Assembly (NCBI GenBank): GCA_037379345.1
Contig: CM074519.1
Location: 26,996,103-27,060,102 of the forward strand
Direction: 5' to 3'
Source of the DNA: Perna viridis
Taxonomy: Eukaryota
Length of the DNA stretch: 64,000 nucleotides
The position numbers and the translations under genes are program-made. The notes under the pieces were generated by a model. That model worked only from the letters and a program-made list of their open reading frames with translations, searched no databases and was not told the origin of the DNA. Positions 47,434-60,663 of this stretch are shown here, one piece after another (position 1 is the stretch's first letter; every line of letters starts with the position of its first letter).

Positions 47434-50231
47434 ATATTGGCTGACTGTACGTTTATGTTTTGTAATAAATTATTCATTATTTGAACTGCTTTATTACGTA
47501 ATAGTTCTCTCTCTAGGTAATAACATAAGTATGTAAAGTAAACTCGTATAGTATTGGTTGCAAACATGAAGCTGAAATACAAATTTATTTACTGATTACT
47601 CGTTTGTGTATTTTTGTTTACTCCTCTACCCTTGTACATGTAGTGACATTCTATGTTTAGATTAACGAAATAATCATGCAGTAGATCAATGTTTTATTTC
47701 CATTTTTAAACCCATCAAACTTATTGCTTATCGGATTTTATTCATTCACAATGTAACGGTGCAACTGGTGGAGTAGGACATACTGTTGTGACTCCCAGTA
47801 TTACACTGTAAGGGGTGTTCATATTTCACATGCTTTAGTCTTTTTGTGTTCTTTCTGAATTGCTTTACCTTCAGATTTTTACGATGTCTCTGAATCGCCC
47901 TGTTTCGATACTTCGGTATTGTTTTGCAGATTCGTTGATACAAAGGTGTAAATTCCTCTATTATTGCTAATAGGGACTTCAGAGTCCATGTAATCAACAG
48001 AAGTATTTCAAGACATTGGGAAAAGTAAAAAAATAAATTGCTTACACACTGGTAGAATAGTTCTTATTGTTCTGTATTGTTAACAGATGGTTTCAGATAC
48101 CTGCTCAAAAACCTAAAATAGGCGCAATCAAAATATTTTGTATAGATGACATATAGTCCTGTTTGCCATTTTTTTAAGATTTTAAGTCAATGACCCCAGC
48201 AACTTAAAATCAGCAGAGGCAAGTTCGATCACGAAAACAATGAAGTCGAAATTCCAATAGTGTAACCAAGTTACGGTATTTATCTACAATGTAGCTGGAG
48301 GAACAACATCTTCCACATGTAGCAGACTGCTTATAAAATCATTTATAAATAAATGATTGGTACTTTTGTATTTTGCAACTTAATTTATTTTCTGTTAGTT
48401 AGAGACACTGATTTGTGAATGAACATCACAAACAATGTAAAAAAATGCATGATTATTTTCAACCAGCTACAATGAACTAGTCTGTATACATGACTTGGGA
48501 TAAAACAACTTTTGATGAGATACATTTGATTTATTTTGTTCAAACAGACAATTGATTATTTGATATTAGTCTGTTGGCGACAGAGTCTAAAGCATCTCAA
48601 AAAAGTATGTATCTGAAGCTTTCTGCTCGAAGTATCGTGCATTGCGAAAATATGTTAAGCTATGACAGTTAACAGCGGAAGTCGTTTTGTGCTACTTCCA
48701 GTTTAGTGTTATTTACGAAGTACACGTATATCACAATTGTATGTTTAAAATTTGACTGAGACCCATAGCATAGCAAATTCTCGCATTAAGCCGTATTGCG
48801 GTATTTCATCATATCATGCCAGTTTGTCTTTAAAAAATGAACAAATGATAAATGTAGTAGATACAATTTTTCCCCAGCAGTTATATATGCGAGCAACCAA
48901 AAAGGAAAGAATCGTTCAAACTTTCGAATACATAAAAAAAATAAACAACACAAAGTAGAAAATATTACGATAGCCTTTTGAGCACATTTTCATAAACTAG
49001 AAAATTCACAAATGATAGCTTTTTGAGAAAAAAAATCTCGATCTCCATAATGCTTGTTTGCATAATAAAAAAAAATATTTTGCGTTATTACGCGTAAGTT
49101 TTGCGGTTTAACGCGTCACGCAAAAAATATGTTTTAGTCTACGAAAATGAGGTCAATGGGCTTTTGTAAAATATCCCTTCAAAAGGAATACATAGAAAAA
49201 AAACTTATACAATAGTAACGAATTATCGATATAGAATAAGAATTTCTTTCAAGATGAACTTCGAATCATTAGCGACAGTTATGAAATACAACTACGGGAA
49301 ATGTATACAGACGATAAATTAATTTTACACCAGAAGCAACATTATTCTGTTACACAATACACTCATTATATCAAACTAAAAGTATTGTTTCAGAAACTAC
49401 ATAGTTTCTGTAAGGCAATAGAAACAGCGAGTTCAACAACAATGATATACATGTACCTTATCTCTGCTGCTGCTGCTACAGTTCGAAAACGTTTTAAAGT
49501 GAAATTAACAAAATTAACAAAATTGTCGGCCAAAAGGGACTTCAACACCCAGGACTCACCCCAGGGTAACATCTATGTTGACGATAGCATATGACGTAGA
49601 AATTTCAATTTTATGCATCTATATTATTGACTCTTAGGTGTACTATTATGGAATCTATTGCCCCCCCCCCACACACACCCTAGTATATACTGTTAATGTT
49701 TTCAGCAAATTTAAAATTGGTATTTCAGGTAAGTGTGTTTAGTGTTGTTTTTATAATTAGATCCATTTTTCAATGCAATAAATGACTTTCCATTAACTAA
49801 ATAAATGTTCAAGTAATACACATAACCACAGGATTACGTCACAAGGAAGTTATGAACTCAGATTTGATTTACGAGCTTAAGAAGGCATTACATGAATCAT
49901 CTTCCAAATATACCGAAGAAAATATTTTCATAATGATGGAAGTTGAATCGACAACATATTTCTCAGTGTGGTGGACGCCTTTTTCAACAAACGTCGACAT
50001 TTCTATGGGAACAGAATGCGATATCATAGCACGCTTAATCTTTCTGTTCCATTACAGATGGTCACCCTTGATAAAACAAAACGTACGAAAGAATTCTAGT
50101 AGACACTACGGGGTTTGCATTGTCAATTCCAAATAATAACAGGGAGGATTTAAATTCTAGTCTTTTAGTTTTGACTTGTTTTAAACTTTTGATTTTTTTC
50201 TTTTTGTATTTTGCTTATTTTTAAATATTAC

Positions 50232-51360
50232 CTGCGCTTGTTGAAAATTTAACTTTGCCTTGAATTCAAAGTAATAACATCTTCGTCTAAAGAGTATCCA
50301 TCCAGCATCACGTTTGATAAATCCACCTTCAAGACACCAGTTAAAATTGACAAAGCATACATACTTACACAAGTTTCATATCAGATATGAACTCTTTTGG
50401 TATTTTTAAAATATTAATTGTATATTATTTTTATAATTATCAGTATTTTTTTACTTCGTTTTAACATATGACTAAAAAATTCTATACATGCTCGTTTATA
50501 CAATTTAAAATCAAATGTAGGTTTGAAAGTACCCTGTTTACCTTCATCTCTTTTTTTTTGCCTTTTATGCCATCTCTGCCGGTCAGTCCCCTCGCCCCCT
50601 TTGGTCCCTGGTCTCCAACGTTTCATTTCGGACCCTGAAGTCTAGTTTGTCCTTCGACACCTTGATTTCTAACATTGCCTTTTTCCCTGGATCACCCTCA
50701 TCACCTTTATATCCAGTAAGTCCAATTATTTATCTACTTCCCGTGGACCCTTTGGCACCCGAATCACCCCTAGGACCAGTATCCTCCTTCAATCCTTTTA
50801 AACCGGGTAAACCAACAAAGCCTGGTTGTCCTCGTTCTCCTTTTATCCCTTGCAAGCCAGTATCTCTTGGATTACCCCGAGTACCGGGTTCTCCTTTTTG
50901 ACCTTTCATATTTTTGTAACCTCCGTCCTTAAATTCCTTTTTTGTTTCTTCTTTGTTCATTTTACCAGGAACGTTAACATCCAAAGCTCATTTCCACCCT
51001 AAGATAAAACTGAATGTAAAACAATGTTACGATCACATTGAGACATTACAATAAAATTTAAGATACATGTTTTGACATTTTTGTGTGTTTAAAGTGTGCA
51101 TGAAACGTTATCAATTGATAATTGATATTGTCATCAAATGTCAGTACGTATTTTCCAATTAAAGCGTTCATAACCTGTGGCTCTTACAGGAAATAGTGCT
51201 ATGAAAACTATTCATACCGTTTTGGCAAATATTTTATTGAAAATAAACATATCTAAAGATGCATTCAAATTCAAAATTCGTTTTCGTTATTCCCAATAGC
51301 CAATTTTTTTTTCAGATTTGTATCCTATAGCAGTAATCAAAATGTCGTTTATTTCCAGCG
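50232..51360 (-). pseudogene. Inverted partial duplicate of the collectin-like gene (collagen exon + first CTLD exon)
   Basis: [16 protein letters not shown]... collagen with a stop at 50730-50732 and downstream frameshifts. GGFIKRDAGWILFRRRCYYFEFKAKLNFQQAQ|GT parallels exon 15975-16069 with Cys>Arg. Flanking intron similarity to 13880-14200. Confidence 0.85.
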
Positions 51361-51579
51361 TATTGACATCATTTAGTTACTTACATTCCCCGAACCCCTT
51401 TTACGGAAACATCATTGGAGAATACATTATATACCTCAACCACATTTAATAATTACATATGCGTAATTAGGAAGTTAAATAAAAGCGATTTAAAAAGATT
51501 TAAAAATTCACCACTTAACAGACACTGTGAAGTCAGCCTAATATTTATACCTACAAATAGAAATCGATGGAAAAAGAAT

Positions 51580-51790
51580 CGGTTGACCGAACTAAATGAC
51601 AAACGCGACGACTTTACATTCAATAATGTCAAATTTCCTTTCATCTGTGGCAAAATCCCTTCAGTACCTGCGTATGATGTGTATAACTCATACGTTATGC
51701 CAGAGCTTGCCGTAACTACGCAGACTTTTGTACCGCGCTAGACTTTTTACAATTATGCTTTTGTAACAGAGTTATGTTGCTACAAAAAAA
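51580..51790 (+). mobile_element. Penelope-like RT fragment
   Basis: LNDKRDDFTFNNVKFPFICGKIPSVPAYDVY...YARACRNYADF. Confidence 0.7.
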
Positions 51791-52860
51791 AATGGATTCA
51801 GTTACTCGAATTGAATGAGTTTTACTACTTAAGATAGAAACAATGACAAATATTGATCCACTAACTGTGAACCCAAGGTTGGAACATGGTGTTATCATTT
51901 CTAGAGAAGTACAACTAACCGACAGAAACTGGGTTTTATGGGATATAAGAATATAAATTATGAATAAATAATAAGGAAGCTCAATTGTTCGCTTAATTTT
52001 GTTGAATCATATCAAAATATCCACATACATGAAAATTCCTAATTGCCGCTTCTTACTAATCAATTCAATGATTATATGAAAGGCTACACTTTGGTTTAAT
52101 TGCACATCATAGACAAGAAAGTCGTTGCAATGTATCCGATTTTGTAAGGTAAAGTAATAGTTTCAAATGACTTTATTAAATTGAAAATATAAAATATGAA
52201 ATTTTATACGACAATCGATATGATACTGCCACGCAATAGAATAATTATGAATAGTAATAATGTCGATAAAAAGTGTTTAATTTTCATATGAGCCAAAGCA
52301 AAGACATTTCCTCAACAATGAAAAACCTTATCCTTGCTGCAGTTATCGGAATAGATATTCAGCAGATGCGCTGCACTATGACGTCAAAACAACGTACTCT
52401 ATTAAAGTCTTCACAATCTGGTGACTATCTTTATGACTGATATTTTTAAATAACTAAACTAATACATGGTTGCTTTGAAAATGAGTGAACCATTAAACCA
52501 TGCAAGATTTATCATAAAATCTTAGTAGTGTAATTTTCTATAAATCATTTGAAATTTTCAATAAAACTTTTAAAATACTATGGGTTTAAGGCTATTTTCT
52601 TTGATTGCATCGAAAAAAGAATTTGACATTGAGATCATTAGTAGGGACACGCGTGTGTTTTACTACAATTGAGATTCAAGGTTGTACATTACAAATATGT
52701 TTTTTCTGATGTTGTCTGAATTCCTGTTGTTAAAAGCATTTGTTCAATTCACCTGATGAGGGCACCGTAAATGTTTAGTAACATTTATTTATTTTAATCA
52801 CAATCTGCAAAAATAAACAAATTAAGTAGCTGTCTTTAAAAGAATCATGCAAAATCTGAA

Positions 52861-53027
52861 AGAGTAATCAAGGGAACCAAGGTTATAGCGGTAATCAAAA
52901 GAATGTAATCCAGGGACAAAGACCAGACATGGAAAACAGGCACACACAACAAAGAACATAAAGCAACTAAAATCATACATACAAAGTAACAAAAGTAAAT
53001 GAGCAACTCGGACTCCACTAAAAACTG
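52861..53027 (-). mobile_element. Family A 3' tail
   Basis: Near-identical to the reverse complement of 8290-8453. Confidence 0.8.
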
Positions 53028-55669
53028 GTGATACACCCCAAAAAGGCTACACATTTTTATTTTTGTAATTAAGTTGTTTTATGGGTCTATACTATGAAAT
53101 GTGTAATTATTCATTCAAGTCTGCCTGCTCTTAGAAGATAATTAACATTGAAAATCCAGTAGATTCTATTGTATTTCAGCGTCATTTACAGAGCTATCTC
53201 CCTTAATTTTAAAATCTACAGTGCATTCGGTATAATTTTTATCTCCTAAAAGAACATGTTATATGAAAAACCACATATTAATTTCTGTTTACTATGACAT
53301 TTCAAAAAAATATCAAAAATAAAAATATGCAGGCTTTTTACCCATGAATCACATTTTGCATGATCCTTAGATGGAGTGCTTCTTAAATGAAAATAGTAGA
53401 ATTTAATTCAAACGTTTTTGCAGGTATACTGCATATCAAATCAAAATTGTGTAATTTTGATTTTTATTTCATTTAATCTTTCTAGTACATCTTTGTTGCA
53501 TTTACAATGACATTCCGGCTATGTGTAATAATAAACCTTTACCTTCTCATATCACTGTTATTGTATTTCTGCTTTTATACCCGACGCAAAGAAGTTGTGG
53601 GATTATCATTTTGTTGACCCGTCTATGTATCCCTCTGTCCGTCCGTCTATCCGGGCGTCCGTCCCAACTTTTTGCTTTTTGAATAGCGCCTTCATTTTTA
53701 TCGATTTCATCAAAACTTTGATAAATGGTAAGTAGTACTAAAAATCTTGTATGGAATTAATTTTCACAGACTTTGATTACCAGGAGAAGCACTTGTAGTG
53801 CTTGTCGCTTTGATAGGACCTTCATTCAAGTTCTTTCCAACATTGGTGAATCTTGGATTGGATTGATTTTCACAGGCAACTGGTAAAAAATACCAATTTT
53901 TATAACCGCCAAACAAAGTGTCGAGACATTACGAGATACCCTTCGAATAGTGGCGTGTCCGTCCCTGACGGTTTCCAGATGATCAATTTAGAAGACATAA
54001 AAGAATCTTTGCATGACTATTTAGTATAATAAATTACAGATCAAATACGACCCTCAGATTTTCCACATATTTTTACACAAATTTTACAACCATTGTAAGT
54101 TGTTTTAACTCCACCCACGATTCTCTGGATGAATTAAAGTTATCTTTAAGAAATGTAAAACTTAATTATTTCGGAAATGTGGAGCCGAGGTCTAATTTTC
54201 ATTATTTACCGCCATATTTTTTCATTCATTGTATCGATTAATTGGATTTATCTTTCTTGGAATATGTTTTTTTTAGATAAATTTGAATGCTATAAAAGAT
54301 GAAAATATAATTAAAAGTCCTTTTACATACTCTATTGCCATTGGTGGTGGGCGGGGCTTATTAAAAAAAAAACCCATGATTTAGGCTGGCAGCCTGAATA
54401 GCGTCTCTATTTTTGACATATTTCCTTTAAATTATGGTGGAAAGTTAGTAAAACAAGCTAGGTCGGGATTGTGATTATATTATTTGCATAGATGGAATAA
54501 AGTTTTGCGAAAGAGTGCAAATGTGTGGGGATGGGGTATTGTGAGATAGTTTTCTGAGGTTCTTTAATTACCCACTTCAAACTAACATAGAATCATTGAA
54601 AGGACTATATCATACCACGTGTCTATCCATTAAAACATTTCTATACAGTAAGAAGATCGTGTCATGTCATCATGTTGATTTACTGATAATATATTTGCTG
54701 ATTGATAAAAGACTAAGCTTGAATTTGTTCACATTTAAGGAAATGCAAAATAATTTTAATTTTACGGCTTTAGTAGACTTAAAGGCTACAAATTAACATT
54801 TATCAAAAACAATTTTAAAAAAAACTATTTTGGTTGGTAGTAATTTAAAAAAATAAACTGTTGTTTACTGGGTATATTACTTGCATGGACGGCGGACACC
54901 TTATGGAACATGGATCATGCAAAATACATCCATGTACCAAAACTGAACTAATATAACAGAAATCATTAACTGAGAATGCAATTTATAATTGTTTTTTTTT
55001 ACACACTGTACTTGTTTCATGATTATTTGTCCTGATGTATTTCTGAATTAATGTTGTTTCTTCCATTTTGTCAACTGCGTTGGACAACATTTAGACTTAT
55101 TTAACTAATTATCTGTGTAAGTTGGACCTAGAGAAAATCAGAATAGTATTAAATGTCATTAATATCCAAGAGTTATTGAATAATACATATCCAATACTGT
55201 TGATGGCTTTGACTTATGAAAATCAATTTTATTTGGGAACACTTTTGCCAAATTATAACTTCTCGAATTTGTAGGTGTTGTGTTCTAGGGAATGCAGCAA
55301 CTTATATCATGTCGCTACTGAAGAAGGACCTCAACTCAAATCCTACATCCAAGTGTTTAGGTAGGGAATTATTACTTAAACGGTTAAACTTATGTTGATT
55401 GTAGCCTGGATAAACCGATAACCTGCCTAAATAAAACACTTTTTAAGTCCCTTCATTTTAGTGTCAATGTATGTAGAATCTTGGTAACCAATCACGTTTC
55501 AAATCTGTGCAAACTCAACAGTCTTAAAAAGTTTGGCTAGGTCATGTTTCGTAAATCCCTACTGAATTGGAAAAAAAATACCGAAACTTCAATCATTGGA
55601 CAATTCAGATAAATTCATAGCCTATAAGTGAAAATAGAAACTACAAAAAAAAAAATGATCAAAGAAGAC

Positions 55670-55860
55670 AACTATCACCGCAAAAAGCAAATATGGACAC
55701 TTTTTTGTCCTTGGTGAAAATTAACAGTTACCCCAAAAAGACAAGAGAAGACAATTTGTGGTCCTTGAAACTGTCACCACAAAAAGCAGAGATAAGACGC
55801 TTTGGTCTTTTATTAGACTGCCACCATCAAATGCAGGGATAGACACTTTTTGTCCCTTGA
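55670..55860. repeat. Degenerate ~50-bp minisatellite, four units
   Basis: Recurrent ACT(A/G)TCACC.CAAAAAGCA...GACACTTTTTGTCCTTG. Confidence 0.5.
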
Positions 55861-56769
55861 TGAGAGATTTGAAGGACCCTTTAGTACTAGCAAAAACTGG
55901 CCATGAAAGTTGAACACAAATTGAAAGAAACTATACATCATTTGTACCCACTGTTTTGTACATATTTTTAGTTAGGTTACTCTTACTCCTACAAACCTTA
56001 TAGTGGAGATAATGGGGAAAATACTTTGATATCAAACCAATATCCTGCAAATAGGCATATATTTCCTTTTTTCATAGCTTAAATACAACCAAGCTCATTT
56101 TTATACCCATTTCTATGGAAATAAGAATAGTATGCCGAGAAAACATCCATATTAGTTGAGTCTGTTTCTTGTAAAATCTGTAGTTCAAAGCAATATGATT
56201 CGACGTAAATAAGGAAAAATGTATTAGGTTCTGCAGAGCCTGATTGACATCAACCAGTCAGACTGTATGTCCAGTCTTTCAATTTTTTACACCATACTAC
56301 TACAGGGAGTATCTTAGCTTCATTGTACAACTAATTGATTGGTGATGGTAAAGTAGTTACCATTCTTGTTTATTTCATTCTAGTGGCTACGCTATCTACC
56401 ATAAGGGTTTTTTTCTTCGCGTTTCGTGTGATATATTTTAACTTCATTTCAGATGGTAAACCAATCGACTGTGTCGACTTACCAAAGAGTTGTCCCAGTG
56501 GTGTCTATAAAATTTTCCCAAGATTTTCACGTGGTTTTAATGTTTACTCTGAAATGGAGAAGGATGGAGGCGGATGGACGGTAAGAACCAATTATTATCT
56601 TAGTAATTTTAGATGAAGGGTGTGTTTACATGTTTTCTCTACTTTTGTTTGTTTAATAGACAATACAGCTATTGTATATCACATTCTAAATGTTAAGCCT
56701 TTCATTCCATCTTTAATCTTGAATTTTGGTACAGTTTCTATTTTGTATGCTTCTTTACATTTGGTTGAA

Positions 56770-57530
56770 AGAGTAATCAAAGGAACCAAGATTGTAGCGG
56801 AGATCAAAAGAATGTAATGGAGAGACAGAAAAAGAAAGACCAGACATGGAAAATAGACACACACAACAAAGAACATCAAATGACAAATATAATACAAACA
56901 AAATGACAAAAGTAAATGAGCAACTCGGACTCCACCAAAAACTTGGAGCATGTACCAGGTGCACCGATAGGGTAAGCGTTCTCATAAACTTCATAAAAAC
57001 ACCCACCGAGTTGCTCACAAAAAGTCAAGTTCATGGCAATCTAAATAGGAAAGGAAAACTGTGACACATTGAACAAATCAGCTCTCATGGTGCAGATGGC
57101 TACACCATAACGATCTGTGAGTTAATGATGACGACCATAACACTTCTATAGTGATGACTTCATTCTTGTAGTAACATAACCCTGTTCTAGAAGCCTAATT
57201 GTTAGAAGTCTACCGCGATACAAAAAGTCTGCGTAGCTACGCCAAGCTCTGGCACATAAAAGTATGAGTTGTGATATGAAAACTCCATACACAGGTGCTG
57301 AAGGGATGTTGCCAAAAGGAAAGGAAAGTTGACAATACGGAATTAAAAGTCATCGCGTTCGTCAGTTTTCCTAAACCTTTCATCACTAAGTGTAAATCAA
57401 GGTATGGGTCTGACTTCACAGTGTCTGTAGTGTAAATTACCTCAAGTTTTTTAGGGGTAGATGCGATGTATAAAATCACCGAAACTAAGGATTGTTAACG
57501 ATAATACGCCATATATATAGCGGAAACTGA
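56770..57530 (-). mobile_element. Family A Penelope-like copy (RT C-terminus + tail) in FReD intron
   Basis: LEVIYTTDTVKSDPYLDLHL..., ARAWRSYADFLYRGRLLTIRLLEQGY on the minus strand, then the family A tail. Confidence 0.8.
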
Positions 57531-59372
57531 GATTTAAGGATATAGCTAAACGACAATTCTTCCTCTGGTTCAGATCAGCTATGAAGACAACAACCTTAAA
57601 AATGAATTAACTTTACATTAAACCTGCAATTTAGCTTTGCTGAACATTTTTTATGACAATGGAATCTGAAGGACACTTGAAAAAGTCAAAAACATTTTCA
57701 GCATAACATTGTACATTCTTTTTTCGTATATGATACAATTTAAAATCATGCATGGAGTGGCTGACTCTTCTAGCTTAAAGACTTTGCTACACGGGATGTT
57801 TTAAAAAGGTGTCCATGCAAAAACCTGCAGAAGGTGACATGTGGCATTTTTTTTTTTAAATTGTCACTCAATCCATATCACAAATGCATCCTTTCACAAA
57901 ATTAAATTGATTTTTGTGATATGGATTGAGTAAAAGTTTTAAGAAAAAAAGTGTCATTTGCCACCCACTGCTTGGTATTTTTAAATATCCGCCACTCTCA
58001 AGTAACAGTTAACACCTTCTCTTGTTTTGTAATTAGTCGTCTTTAATCTTTAATTTCATTTTCCCCTATATAGATGACGTATTATCGCTAGCGTTAGTTT
58101 TAAAACAACATTTTGCATCAAAAGAGTTATCTCATTTTTTCAACTGATTTCAGTGCTTTCTTTGGAATTTATTTCTCTTAAATGGTTGTAGTTATAAGCT
58201 TTATTAGGGAACAATAAAATCCTTTACTGATTCATCCATCGTCGATTTAATAATATTTTTATAGTATTTGATATACATATGTTATATAAACATTACACTG
58301 GATAAAAAAAACAGTTGGATTACATTTACCAGTGCCTGATTTTTACAATTAAAATGTTAAAGTACTACTAATTATAAAACAAATGGATGTAGTTAGCTGT
58401 GTAATTGAGAGGGGCAGATGTTTTAAAAACTTTGAAATGGCGAATGGTATATCGTCGAAATTCTACTGAAAGTGCAAAATCCATGATTAACCTTAAAGGC
58501 TATATTTAAAATTGATATACATTTTATACAGATAATACAGAGACGAACAAATGGGTACACTGATTTTTACCGTGACTGGAATCCATACAAAAATGGTTTC
58601 GGTGATTTGGCTTGGTATGTTTTATATAATATTTTCAAAATCAGTACTAGACAATTCTTTGCAACAAACAAAACAAACAAGAAAAAGCAATCGTGACGAC
58701 ATACATCTAGTTTAGATAAATGTTACGTTAATCCCCGACATTGATTATATCTCTGCATTTATAAATGTATGTACAGGTGTATACACAGTAATAGAGGCGA
58801 AGGAATTCGATGAGAAATTCAAATACGCATCCATTTGCGTTTCCCGTACATTTGGCTAGAAGATATTTATTCTGATTTATGTTACCAAGTACTTTGGAAC
58901 ACATTTTTATTCAACTTGATTAATTAAATGTATGGTTCTTAATTATTGACCTTATAAATATACTAAATTACATATGTAAAGAGATAATACTTTAAAAATG
59001 ATTATACTCTAAAAGATATGTTTTTTTTTCTTTCATTCAAGTCATTACATGTTTCTGTGATTTTATTAATTTCAGGGAACAAACATATCAACAAACTTAC
59101 ATCACGGGGCAGTTATGAACTCAGATTTGACTTAAGAGATTGGGATGACAATACAGCTTTTGCAAAAAACAAACATTTCGTGGTTGGACGTGAATCTTCA
59201 AACTTTGTTTTGAGCGTAAGCGGATACCATGGTTCGGCAGGTACATGAATGTATATATTGTGGACGTTTGGGTCAATGTTACTTATGTTGACCTAAAAAT
59301 CCCTGTACGGTATTCACTGGCCCACAAGTAACATTTGTTCCTATTTCGTTATTTTGCTCTGAGTACTTTATA

Positions 59373-59404
<32 letters not shown>

Positions 59405-59681
59405 GGATTAGGATTTTTTTAGTTATTTTGTTTAAATACTTCTCTTAAGACTTTATTTATTGAAACACGTGTGCAACATATCTAAAATATCTATCTAAGA
59501 TTAGTATTGTTCATACATATAATGGGCGTTTCTAAGCTTTCTTACAATATTAAGTGTTACTCATACTTCCACACAAACTGAAATGTATGCTTGTTGATTA
59601 CAAGTCTTGCTGACAACCCGTTTTCTGTCAAGATACTCATGAATTAAAAATGGGTAACGCATCACAACAGGATCTGCTGAC

Positions 59682-60663
59682 TTTTTAGCTCACCTGGCCA
59701 AAGGACAGGTGAGCTATTGCCATCACTTGGCGTCCGTCGTCGTCGTTAACATTTATACAAAACTCTTCTCCTTTAAAACAACTTGACTAATTAGAACCAA
59801 ACTTGGTATAAATGTTTTTGGGGTATCCTGCATAGAACTGATGTGGGGATTTTTGATTCGTTGAAAAACATGGCCGCCGTTACTAAAAATACAATAAAGG
59901 GGTCAGACAGCAGATTTTCGCATATATATCTCCAAAACCATTTGGTTTAGCGAAATTCTGGCTAGGTAAAAGTGTTTAGCATGATAAGATCTATCTCTGC
60001 TCAAATGTTGGTTGTAATCCGTTTAGCCATGTTTGCGTTGTTGCCCTTTTTCAACGATTATTGCTGTTTTAATGTTATTTCTTTCTCCTGACATTACTTG
60101 ACCAATTGAAACCTAATTTGGTATGAATGTTCCTTGGGGTATCCTGCATAGAACTGATGTGATGATTTTAGATTCCTTGGAAAACATGGCAGTTGTTACT
60201 AAAAAATAGAACAAAGGGGTCAGACAGCAGATTTTTGCATATATCTCCACAACCGTTAAGTTCAGCCAAATTCTTTCAATAGCTGAAATGATCCTTATCA
60301 TTAGGACTACAAAAGATAAAAGAGATAAAAGTTGTCAGATGACTCCTTGTAAGAGTTATTACCTTGAAAGGGGTAAAACAACTTTTTCAAAGTTTTCAGT
60401 CAATATCTTGAAATCTATGACAGATGGCTAAATTGCCATACCCTACCCATCCCTCCGATTTTTTAGTGGCAATAAAATTTTTTCGACCCTATTATTCTTT
60501 TGTCCCATCCTTTTTTTTCATTTCATCATCATTTCATGTTCATTTTATCATCCTTTTCATGTTCATCGCCAGAATATACTGAAATATTGCTGCTCGGACG
60601 TTAAACACCAACAAACAAAATCAACCAGGTGAGCGATTCAGGTTCCTTGGAGCCTCTTGTTTT
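59682..60663 (+). mobile_element. Helentron-type non-autonomous element (HINE/pearl-like) with nested family B fragment (60441-60620)
   Basis: TTTTTAGCTCACCTGG 5' end with inverted CAGGTGAGC, (GTC)n microsatellite, two internal ~320-bp repeats, 3' CAGGTGAGC sub-TIR and AGGTTCCTTGGAGCCT hairpin before TT. Confidence 0.75.

Noticed and set aside
52750-52790. CTGATGA-GG-GCA-CC-GTAA hammerhead-like core near a family A tail (also CTGATGA...GAAAC at ~21178)
   Set aside because: GAAA is mutated or stem II is absent, and stem I cannot be formed. At most a dead remnant.
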